From Podospora anserina (Eukaryota), in contig CM030332.1 in the NCBI GenBank assembly GCA_017654855.1, positions 7,626,001-7,690,000 of the forward strand: 64,000 nucleotides of DNA. Direction: 5' to 3'. The position numbers and the translations under genes were made by a program. Positions 1 to 10,485 of the stretch are shown here, piece after piece. Each line of letters opens with the position of its first letter. Position 1 is the stretch's first letter. The notes beneath the pieces were generated by a model. It was given only the letters and a program-made list of their open reading frames with translations, made no database searches and was not told the DNA's origin.

Positions 1-1278
1 GGGTGAAGGGATGACGGGCGTGCTTTCCGACAAGGTGTGCGTAGCGGGCATCACCGGGGCTGACAGCGATACCGCTATCGCCCAACATTGTCTCGGGACG
101 TGTGGTGGCAACAGTGATGAACTCGTCTGACCCCTCAATTGGGTACTTGAAGTATGTGAGGACACCGAACTCAACCTTTCTGTCATAGCCGGGCACGTCA
201 ATCATGGTGCGCCCGGTGATATCCTTGTTGATGACCTCCAAGGTGCTGAGGGCGGTGCGAAGATGAGTGGACCAGTTAACCAAGCGGTTGGACCTGTAGA
301 TGAGACCCTCATCGTGAAGAGTGACAAACGCCTCCATAACGGCGGCAGTCAGGTTCTCGTCCATGGTGAAGGCCTCGCGGCTCCAGTCCATGGAGCCACC
401 CATGAGTCTCTGGGCATTGTTGATGCGCTCATGGTATTCCCCCTTCCACTCCCACACGCGCTTTGTGAACTCCTCGCGGCCGAGATCGTGGCGCGTCTTC
501 TTCTCTCTCTTGTACAGCATCTTTTCGACAACGGACTGAGTGGCGATACCGGCGTGATCGCAACCCGGGACCCAGAGTGTGCTGAGGCCCTTCATCCGGT
601 TCCATCGAATAAGTGTATCTTGGAGAGAGTTGGCGAGAGCATGGCCGCAGTGAAGCGCACCAGTGACGTTCGGGGGCGGCAGGGCAATGACGAATTTGCC
701 AGCATCAGGGGTTCGGGGCTCTTGAGGCTTGAAGTAGCCGCTCTTCTCCCACCATGAATACCATGACGACTCGACGGCCTGGGGGTTGTATGCTGAGAAG
801 TGTGGGTGATCGAAGGGCTGGATCTTCTTCTTCTCGCCAGCTAGGGTCTCGTCCTTGTAGGGGGGAAGGACAGGAGTCTCGGCCTTCTTCGCCTTGGGCT
901 TCGGGGCTTCGGCAGGCTTGTCACCGGCTTGTTGCTGTTGCTTCAGCTTGGCGGCAGCTTGCTTCGCAGCGAATTTGGCAGCCTTTTCGGCTTTGGCCTT
1001 CTCCTTGGCCTCTTTGGGCATGTCAGAATATGATCAAGGAAACGACAATGGCGGCGCTCGGCGGATCTAGACTCACCATTTTTCTTTGGCGCAGGCGCAT
1101 CGGGAGCGGCGGCCGGGGTGGTCGCCGGCGCGGGGGCTTTAGCAGCTTCGTCGGCCATTTTGGATAGTCGGTACGCTGAGGAGTGATAGGTTCGAGATTC
1201 TGGACGGAAAGAAGCCAAGGATGCTTTGAGCAGCGAGTTCCGTGTCGAACTAACCAGTCGCCACGACGAGCTCAGCAT
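1..1278 (-). CDS. VAS1: Valyl-tRNA synthetase, 5' portion; continues beyond the window start. Exons 1278(or 1158)..1077 and 1011..<1
   Basis: Minus-strand translation gives [15 protein letters not shown] (HIGH motif), [21 protein letters not shown] and [11 protein letters not shown], typical of ValRS. Intron 1076..1012 (GTGAGT..CTGAC..AAG) joins KKN to EAKEK in frame. Probable orthologue of the mat-linked Neurospora cyt-20/un-3. Confidence 0.95.
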
Positions 1279-2306
1279 CCAGGCTCAGCGGGGGGGTCAA
1301 TTGAGTATTAAGAGGGGCGGCAGCGTGACTCTTAACGGGGGGCCTTTCATGTTGGCTGCAGGCTCTTTTTCCATATGCAAAAAAAGGTGGGGTTCCGGCG
1401 AGGATTCAACGTGTCAGTTGCGACTTGAACCATACCGTACAGAACCCTAACCCGTGTGTAGTTTTGCTTCTCTGTTGCTTTCCGCCACTACTACCCCGCG
1501 CGACCTGGCCCCAACTTTGTCTCCCAACACACAAGGCTGGCCGTCGAGTGATTCTGGAACAAATTGTAACATGGACCCCTTTTTTTTATTTTTCCAACAT
1601 GACCTCCTCAAGCGAAGTTCCAAATGCCCAAGCATTCAAGCTTCTCTTACCACAAGTTGAGAATCCCGTCCACCTGTGTGAGTCCTTACTGATAAGTGCA
1701 TAGCACAGCCCGTTGCTCCACCCCGGATTACTCAAGCAATGAGTATTCTTGCTGACTCTTTTGTGAGGCTTGTAGATTGCAATCCAACACAGAACTGTTG
1801 GAGATATGTAAAAATTCGAGAATCAGAGGCACGTGCCGTCAAAAAGGCGACCATCAAGGAAGGAATGCGGGGAATGCTTGCAAGACAGGTTGCCCCACGT
1901 ACAATTCAGCAGCTGTTCCCGGTCCTATCCGCTGCGAGTGAGTCCACTTGACCCACGCCACTTTCCAGCTCTCCCTTACCAAGACTGGCCGCTACCCTGT
2001 AACTCTAATGCTCTTATCGCTCATTGATTATCTCGTCATCTACAACAACATCAACCCGTGCTCAGCCTTCACCCCCTTTCCCGCCCACCTCGGTCGCCTT
2101 GCCTTTTCCTCCTTAACGTGCTCCCTTGACGCCAGTGTTATTTCCCAGGGCTACAGCGGATGACTACCTAGGCGCGCCACGACGCGACGGCTCAAGCTCG
2201 CCCGACCCAACGTCCCAACTGCAGCTTGTTTCTAAGCCCTACGCAAGTCCTGGTCAAGAGCAGGCCAGACGCCTCCTTGCGGCCGCTTGCGCTGTGATCA
2301 TCTACG

Positions 2307-4890
2307 ATGCGACCTCCACGGATCGCGATACTAGTTCTTTTCTTCTCCGCGTCGCTCTTCCTCGTGTGCAGGGCCATCAGTTCCCTCCGCCATCCCAACG
2401 CCGCCCCCGCCGTGACACCATTGACGACCCGGAAATCGTCATTCCGGAGCTTCTTCTCCTTCACTGCGCCGTTCTCGCTCTTCCCTCCCAATGCTGCTAT
2501 AAGCCTGTTCGATGATAATAGTACCTTCTTTGCTGCGCGACCGGCTGCCTTTGGGCCTATCCTCCCTGCCGACGGCCTGAGCGGGCAACTATGGATAGGA
2601 AGTGGATTTGCTGAAGATCATCTCCAAGAGGGCGAGGTTGGGGGCGAGCTCGGCTGCAGCGATCTCCCGGGCTGGGAGGATGGGAGACCTAAACTGTCGA
2701 TCAAAACCACTGTACATGGGTCCGCAGCCTCAAAGTCAGGGCCCGCTGCACTGAACACCAAAAGTACAAAGCGTGATCCTTTGGGCGCAGGGATTCCAGC
2801 GGACGGAAAATCTTTAGAAAGGCGTCACGATGGGACCGACGACTACCTTCACCAGGAACTTGACCAGACTCGCAGCCCCTACAGCGAAGGCTCGGTGGTC
2901 TCAGCGTCAAGTCATGCCGATATCCAATCCATGCAGGAGACGGCAGAAATTACGGGCAAGATCACATTGCTGAGCAGAGGTGGTTGTGGGTTCCTGGAGA
3001 AGGTCAAGTGGGCGCAGCGCCGCGGTGCGATCGGGGTGATTGTCGGAGATAATGTGAAAGGGGGTCCGTTGATCCAGATGTTTGCGAGGGGCAATGTCGA
3101 TAATGTCACAATCCCCTCGATTTTCACATCGCAGACGACCGCCATGCTACTGTCATCACTCGCGCAACCAGGCAGTTTCATCGAAGATATTCTAGACGAG
3201 AACGGAAACCCGATCTTGAAAGTACAGCACTCCAGCAAGCCTGGGGTCAATAAGCAAACCAAAGCGGCCGATACAGGTGCGGGCCATAGACCCAAATCTG
3301 GCCCTCACGCCCAGGGGGTCAAAACTGCGTCGTTCCAGGATGCCTCGGCCCCTGCGGTCAAGAAGTCACGCTCGACACGCAGGAGCTGGATCTCCCGTCT
3401 GTTCTCCTGGGGGGATAGTGGAAGCAAAGGGTCAGAGCAGAGCCGGCCGCCAAGCAGTGGTCGTCTGAACTGGGTCGCAGCTGACGAGTGGAGCGACGAA
3501 AGCATCAGACTCCTCCAACCAAGTGCGGATAAGGGTAACAAGAATGGAGCGGGTGGTCTTGCGTCCTCTGAGGAGGACAAGTCGCCGGGTGATGGTTTTC
3601 AGATAGGTGTACAAGACTGGCGTGACCCCGATCTTGTTAGGTCTTCCGAGGAGGACGAGGAAGATCGGCCGGCGCCGGAAAACCAGTCCACCAACAAGGA
3701 GTCTAGTGGTTTGAGAGGTGGCAGTATCACGCCAGGTAGTGGCGAGTATGTCCCTGGAGACTCACATGGCCATCGTTCTGGAAAGTCTGGTTCTTCCTCG
3801 GAAAGCTCCAGTGGGCTTATTTATAAGCTCTTCGGGGACGACGCTGAAGAGCAATCTGCCACAGAGGAGAGCTCAAGACCGTCGCCGGGAAGCTTGGGGA
3901 ACAAAGACGACGGCAATGTGCGGGAAGGCTTGTGGGTCACGATCACTCCTACCGGCAGTGCCAGTCCATTCTTTGACACCCTGTTGGTCCTGGTGATCAG
4001 CCCCTTGATTACCCTCACGGTTGTGTACACGCTTCTTATCTTGCGAGCTAAGTATAGAAGGCGGAGATGGAGAGCACCCAAGGCTGTGGTCGATCGGTTG
4101 CCGGTACGGACCTACCGCACAGTTGCGCCATCGTCCAGCCAATCATCCAGGACGCCGTCGCCCAACAGCTCCTCACCTACAACACCCCTGTTGCAAGGAC
4201 ATTCGAGATCGCGGCCCCGGTCTCGGACCACCACTGGCGTGCCTGAGCCTTCGGATCTTTTGAGGGCTGATAACGCTTTGCAGGCCGGGCGATCATCTTC
4301 ACCAGACAACACCCGGGTGCATGGTGCCAGTCAATGGAAGAAGTACATGGGAAGACAGAGCGAATGTGTGATTTGTTTGGAGGAATACGTGGACGGTGTC
4401 AGCAAGGTCATGAGCCTGCCTTGTGGCCATGAGTTCCATGTGGACTGCATGTGAGTGGATCTAAAGTCACAAACTAGACGACGTGAAAATTCACAAATTT
4501 GACGACGTGTTTACTGATTTTTGTCACAGCACACCATGGCTCACCACCAGACGGAGGACTTGCCCGATATGCAAAAATGATATCGTCAAGTCTCTGGCTC
4601 GTGGTTCGCCATCAAGCCCACACTACGAGCCGTATCATGACGACAGCGAGTACACTCGTCCTGAACCTTCCAGCTTCGTGAGCTCCAACACTGGATCGTA
4701 TTCCTCCAACCGCTTGTCAGACGTGGAGGAAGGAAGAGAGGCTCTTGCGCGAGTACAGAGAGAGATACATGAGGTGAGATGGTATGACTTCATGGCGCAC
4801 CTACTAAGGGGCGAGCCCGGACAGGCATTTTTGAATCGGCACGAGAACCGGCGTTTTGCGGCCGACGACCGTGAAGAGAGCCGCCTGTAA
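2307..4890 (+). CDS. PA-domain / transmembrane / RING-H2 E3 ubiquitin ligase (RNF13/RMR-like), 834 aa. Exons 2307..4450 and 4530..4890
   Basis: Hydrophobic N-terminus; PA motifs (ARPAAFGP, LLSRGGCGFLEKVKWAQRRGAIGVIVGDN); TM segment LLVLVISPLITLTVVYTLLIL. The RING-H2 CVICLEEY..LPCGHEFHVDCITPWL..CPICK is completed by splicing intron 4451..4529 (GTGAGT..CTGAT..CAG). Confidence 0.9.
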
Positions 4891-5891
4891 TACAGCATGG
4901 TGATAGTGGCATCCGTTGTTTTTTTGAAGAGATTTCGCATTTTTGGCTGGCGCACTTGGGGTGGGAGGTCATTTTCATGGGCGTTGGGCAAGGGGCCGAA
5001 CACCTGGGATTGTTCAAAACCGTCACTCGCTCTTTTACATACACAACTTTGATACCTCTTTTCGTTTTTGACCTGATAAATTTTATCTTTACTCTGATAC
5101 GTACTTGGAATGTACGAGGAGCCCAGGGAAGGGGGGGGGGAGGGGGTTGGGGTTTTCATTGGAAGCGGCCAGTTACAGGATCCCATCAGACATGGCAGAG
5201 TGAACTCACTAGGATTATACCCCCACAAGGCTTAGACACTTGGATAGCTGTAGCTTTCATTTCACAAAGAACTTTTTCTCTTCACTTCTACATCATACCT
5301 CCTCTGGCCTCTTTCGATCTTCTGGGACATGGCTGGCGGCTGCTCAGGATGAATCTCGCTGTCCTATGAGAAGATAAAATACAGGGACAGCCAAGACGGT
5401 TGAGGCAATAATCTTATGTTCAATAAACAAATATGAAGTGCACAAAAAAAGATGAAGATCATCATGTTTTGCATAATGTGCTGATGTGTATTCTCTCCCA
5501 GGTAGATACTGAGTATGAAGTGGGCTTATCTTATCACAGCACACGCTCACCCACACTCCTTCCACAGCGCCCAACGCGTTCATTGCAACTTCTCACCTTC
5601 AACATCAGGTAAGTCAGCGAGCGCTTTCCATTTCTCCAGATTTTGACATGGAAAATGAGCTAACAATGGAACAGAGGAGAATTCTATCACTTCAAAACGT
5701 ATCGAAAAGCTGGTAGTCCGTCGTCTTGTAGCAGACGGGAACAGATTGCATGGTCGAATCTCAAATCTCAATTCACCCCGCCACAGCGCCCTCACCCACT
5801 GAGAGGATCAGGGGCCGTGCACAGCACAGCACACAACATCAACGTCAACATCAACATCAACACCACCCGTGTCAACCAACCCCCAAACCCC

Positions 5892-5947
5892 AAACCCCAA
5901 GCGTTCTGAACCTATCCAAACCCCAAGCGTTCTGAACCTATCCAAAC
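5892..5947 (+). repeat. Perfect tandem duplication of the 26-bp unit AAACCCCAAGCGTTCTGAACCTATCC
   Basis: Copies at 5892..5917 and 5918..5943 plus a partial copy, just upstream of the APC5 ATG. Confidence 0.95.
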
Positions 5948-5987
5948 AACAACAACAACCCCCTTCGAGGGGCACACCAGACCCATC

Positions 5988-8507
5988 ATGGCCCGCTTCC
6001 TCACCCCGGCCAAAATCGGCCTCCTGGCCCTCATCGAGCTCTACGTCGAAGGCGCGGTCCCAAACGAAGGGATCATCCCAGTGATCAACTTCCTCGCCTC
6101 CAACCTCATCGACTGCGACCTCTCGACTGCCCAATCCCCCAACAACAACAGCAACAACAATAAGAATCTCACCCCTGCCGACCGCTGGAAAAAAGCCGAG
6201 TCCACCCTCCGGCTTGTAACCTCGATCAAAGATTTCGAGACGTTGCTTTCCCCGCTGGCGGCAGCGGATAAACTCCCCGGCCGTCGGCTCTGGGATCGGT
6301 TTTTGGAGAAGTTGTGGGGGCTAGACAGTTTGCACAAGCTGCATGAGTTTTTTGCGGCGATACCGGGGTTGTTGTGCAGGACGAAGGAGGAGCTGAGGAG
6401 GTTGGGGCTGGAGGACGAGGAGGGGGGGTTGGGGGGGAGGACGAGGTTGGGGAGGAATAGTCCCTTTGGGGCGTTTGTCAGGAGGGCACATGTCGAGTTT
6501 GTGAGGTTGAAGTTTGAGAGGGTGATGGAGTTGTGGAGGGTTTTTGTGAGGTATCGGCAGCCGACGGCGGGGTACTGGGCGAGGAGGCATCCGCAGCATG
6601 GGGGGAGGTTAAGTTTTGATCAGGTTTTGACGGAGGGAGAAGGGGAGTGGGGACAGAAGGAGACGGGTGAGCTGGCGGTAGTGGCGTATGGGAGGATGTT
6701 GTTGCCAGCGGTTGGGCTGTTGGCAAGGGGGGAGGGGGGGATGGAAGGGGGGGAGACGTTGCCGGTGAGCAGCGATGATGTGGAAGGATTATTGGAGTTT
6801 CAGATCGAGCAGATACAGAGTGAGTTTGTTTCTCTGATGGGGGTGGAACGGGAGCATGACTGACACCATGTAGAGTATGGCAACAGGATACCGCCACAGA
6901 TCAGAGAACGGTTCAGGAACTTCTTGAAGGGAAGTCATACGGTGCCGAGTTTATCGCACTACCTCAACTTCTCGGACGCCTGGCGGTCAGGGGACTTTCC
7001 GACATCTTTCGACTACCTTCATCGATATTTCGACTACACTATGCAGAACCGAGATCGACTGTTCTATCAGTACGCCTTGATGAACCTCGCTATTGTTCAG
7101 TCCGACTTTGGCTGTCACAAGGAAGCCGTGGCAACCATGCTGGAGACAGTATCAACGGCTCGGGAGAACAGGGACACGACATGTCTCAACTTTGCTCTAA
7201 ACTGGTTCTTCCACTTCGGCAGGGCACACCCCCATCTTGTCAGAGAACTCGAAAACAACAGCATGCTTGGCAGCGGAAAGGAGACTCTCGCCTTCCTCCG
7301 AGTCAAGGCCAAAGAAACAGGCATGTGGATCCTCTGGAGTTCGGCCCTCCAGAGCGAAGCCAAGCTCTGCCTGGCCAACGGCGAAAGTGTCGCCGTTGCC
7401 TTCGAGCACATGGTGCGATCCTCCCAACTGATCGTCGAGCGCAACATGAAGACCATGATGGGCGCCCAGATCTCGATGGCTATCGCCATGTGGGACCGCC
7501 TCGGGCTTTCCAGCATGGCCTCGATGGCATGCCAGGTCTTCCTCAGCTGCCACGCGAGAAACTCGGTCTTTGACGACGAGCTGAAGATCACCTGTCGTCT
7601 AGCCGGGCTTCTCGCCGGCAAGGGGAAATACGAAGAGGCGTTTGCCATGCTCGAGTCCCTTGATCAGAACTCGCTGCGGTCAGCGAGGCCAAATCAATAC
7701 TGGCACCTCTACCGCGGCCTCTTGAAGCTTCGTCGAGACCTGCACAGGAACAACCTCCCTGCCGTCGACACCCTGCTGGCTCAGCTCCTCCAAACTGGCC
7801 CCGAGGACGCAGAACCGGACACCGTCTTCATCATCGACACCCTCCATATCGAGGCTCTGGTCCGCCACAGGGACTTTGACGGCGCCTTTACCAAAATCGA
7901 CAACATGATGGCCAATCTCGGAGAAAACAACCGCGACGTTGCCCTCCGCATTCGTCTCCTCATCGCCAAGGCCCACCTCTTTGACGAGATCAACCGCCCA
8001 GAAAAGGGCTTCACAATAGCGATGCGGGCCACCTCGATGGCCTGGCGGGCGCTGAACATCCCGCTTCTGTGGCAGGCCGTCGGCGCTCTGGCCAACGTTT
8101 TGAACTCACTGTCGGAGTTCTCGGCTGCGGCGCAGCTGTTGCTTTCGGTGCTGCCGAGGGTGCTGGAGACCGATGTCTCGTTCACAGCGGGGACGTTGTA
8201 TAACCTCTTGGCGGACGCGAGGATGGGGCAGGCGGGGCAGTTTTTTTGTGCGGCTGTTTCGGACGAGTCGACGGAGCTGGAGAGGCAGAGGGGGAGGAGG
8301 AGGCAGAGGGAGATGATGATGAGGGCGCATGCTGCGCTGGAGAGCGCGTACAAGTATTTCGAGAGGGTGGAGGAGGTGGAGAAGCAGGCGGAGGTGCTGG
8401 CTAAGATGGCGACGGTGATGAGGGGGTTGGGGGATGAGGGGGTGAGCGAGGGGTATGCGGCCAGGTATTTGAGTTTGAGGAGGGAGGTGGAGAGGGCCAA
8501 TGGATAG
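5988..8507 (+). CDS. APC5: Anaphase-promoting complex subunit 5, 821 aa. Exons 5988..6819 and 6874..8507
   Basis: MARFLTPAKIGLLALIELY N-terminus and Apc5 motif SFDYLHRYFDY..YQYALMNLA. Intron 6820..6873 (GTGAGT..CTGAC..TAG). Canonical position next to COX13-APN2-MAT. Confidence 0.92.
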
Positions 8508-8970
8508 ACAGGGGATTGTATGTGAAAATACTGAGAGGGAAGCGAGGCATGTCAGATAAACAATGAAGAACGAAATGTATCATAGAGCTATGATCAGCCT
8601 AGACAGGGATATGCTAGTTTGGCCGCAAAAAGCTCTATCCTTGAGCTCAAGCTCAAGCTCAAGCCTACTCCCCTCATTGAATTGACTTTGTGGTGTTGAC
8701 TCACGGGCAGATATGTTTGTTTGGATGAACTGGCGGGAAACAGAGAAGGTTATGCATCCCCGAGACAGAGAAACTGATTTCTTGACTTGACACTATGAGT
8801 AGGAAACAATGCATGTACCGTGTTCAGCTTTGTCAGGGTATGCTCCCTCTTCTTCTTCTTCTTCTTCGACTCCGCACTTCTCTTGAATGGTCTGCCTTCG
8901 TCGTTCTCTACAATATACACCGGGGTTGACCTGTCCATATCTCCAGGTTGCGTCGAGGTCAAGAGCACAT

Positions 8971-9836
8971 TTAGGCCTCCTTGTCCTTATTGTGGTAGTT
9001 GACCTTGTCATTCCAGCTGCGAGGATGTCATGTTAGCATTACAGGCTTGACTTGGATGCCGTCATTGTTTATGGGTATACATACAACAGGGTCTAGAGGT
9101 ATATGTTAGTAAGTCTGGTCTGGAGAAAAAGGCGGGTCAAAGGGGGGGGTAAAACATACCTTGTCACCATCGCCCCACTGGTAGTTGCGGGTGCGGATGT
9201 TCTGGTAGGGGTACTCGACACGCTCCTCAAGAGGGGGCATGTGAGACCAGTGCTCCCAATGCTCGTTCCAGAGGTTGTAAGCGTTGAGGGAAGCGAGGAT
9301 GAGGGCGGGAGGGACGGTGCTGCGGGCGGTTGTGTGGTTAGCTTGGTGGTACGTCATGGCTGTTGTTTTGTTTCTCCTGATATTGTGATTTCATGCGTCC
9401 CCCGATCTCCAGCTCCCCGACCATGGCTCGCTCTGACTCCTCCTCGTCTTCCAGTTCGTTTCCACCAGTTGTTCTGATATCTGGGAACTGTTTCTGATAT
9501 CCGGGAGCTGTTCCAACACCCTGAGGGCGACATGAAAACCACGCATTCGGCGGCGACAATAGAGGGGCTTCGGGAGAGTCATACTAGAGGGAGATCTTGC
9601 GCCAGAGCTCTGTTGAAACCTTGTTAGCTATCTCGGACCACCAATTGAGTTCCGGGGGGGTAGCCGAGGGTATCGCAGGAGGTACACTCACCGGTGGTGC
9701 CCTTGGCGTGCTCCTTGACGTGACGGCGCTCACGGACGAAGGCGTTCTCGCCGGCGTGCTCGGTGCTGGCAAGGCGGCGCTGGGTCTGGTTGCGCAGCTG
9801 GGCGGCGAACCGCATAACCTGGCGCTGGGCAATCAT
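8971..9836 (-). CDS. COX13: Cytochrome c oxidase subunit VIa, 127 aa. Exons 9836..9692, 9609..9585, 9319..9160, 9092..9085, 9016..8971
   Basis: Spliced product MIAQRQVMRFAAQLR..HAKGTTELWRKISLY..EYPYQNIRTRNYQWGDGDKTLFWNDKVNYHNKDKEA. Four GT-AG introns, each with a CTAAC branch site. Confidence 0.95.
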
Positions 9837-10102
9837 GGTGAGTGGCTGGTGGGTTGGGTGCCGTTCAACGAAGGGGGGGGGAGGGGGGTTCGTGGTGGTT
9901 TTGTCGAAGATGAAGCAATTGACCCGCTTCTCGTTGCTGTTGGCCTGGGGTGAGGTCACAGTCCAATCAGCTCATTTTCGGCTGCTCCTCGGGTTTGTGG
10001 CGGTGGTCCGTGCTTTCCGGAGCTCTCTCTCGCTGGGGTGCCAAGACCGGTGACATAATTTCCACTTTGACATCTGAAAGTCGGTCATGTGACCTCGCGC
10101 GT

Positions 10103-10142
10103 CCACGCCACGCCACGCCACGCCACGCCACGCCACGCCACG
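10103..10142 (+). repeat. (CCACG)8 pentanucleotide microsatellite in the COX13/APN2 divergent promoter
   Basis: Eight perfect copies read directly. Confidence 0.95.
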
Positions 10143-10485
10143 GCAGTCACGACTTTTGGGTGGCAGACCATCTTCAACAGGTGTGAGTTGACGATTTCAA
10201 AGAAACAGAGAGAGATGGGATGAACAGGTATCTTATCAATTAAAATTGCCTGTAAATCTCTTCATAGTGAAGGGAAAACCCCTACCACCGCAGTCGTGCC
10301 CCCCCGAATTTCCTCTTTTGCTTCGCCTTGTTCAAGTTCGCCCCATCGACCGGTGAATGCAACATCTCTGATTCCCCCACTGGATTGTATCTCTGGCGCC
10401 CGTTCTCTCCGGTTCAAGTTCCCAGTCGTTACACCAAATAACCTAGATCTTGGCGTTGGTGCATGCCAATCATCTGAGTGTCGAG

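Noticed and set aside
263..757. Plus-strand 164-aa ORF and similar long antisense ORFs (e.g. 20807..21802, 22832..23929, 26489..27679, 40447..41247, 7781..8500)
   Set aside because: They lie opposite well-supported genes and are explained by GC3-rich codon bias.
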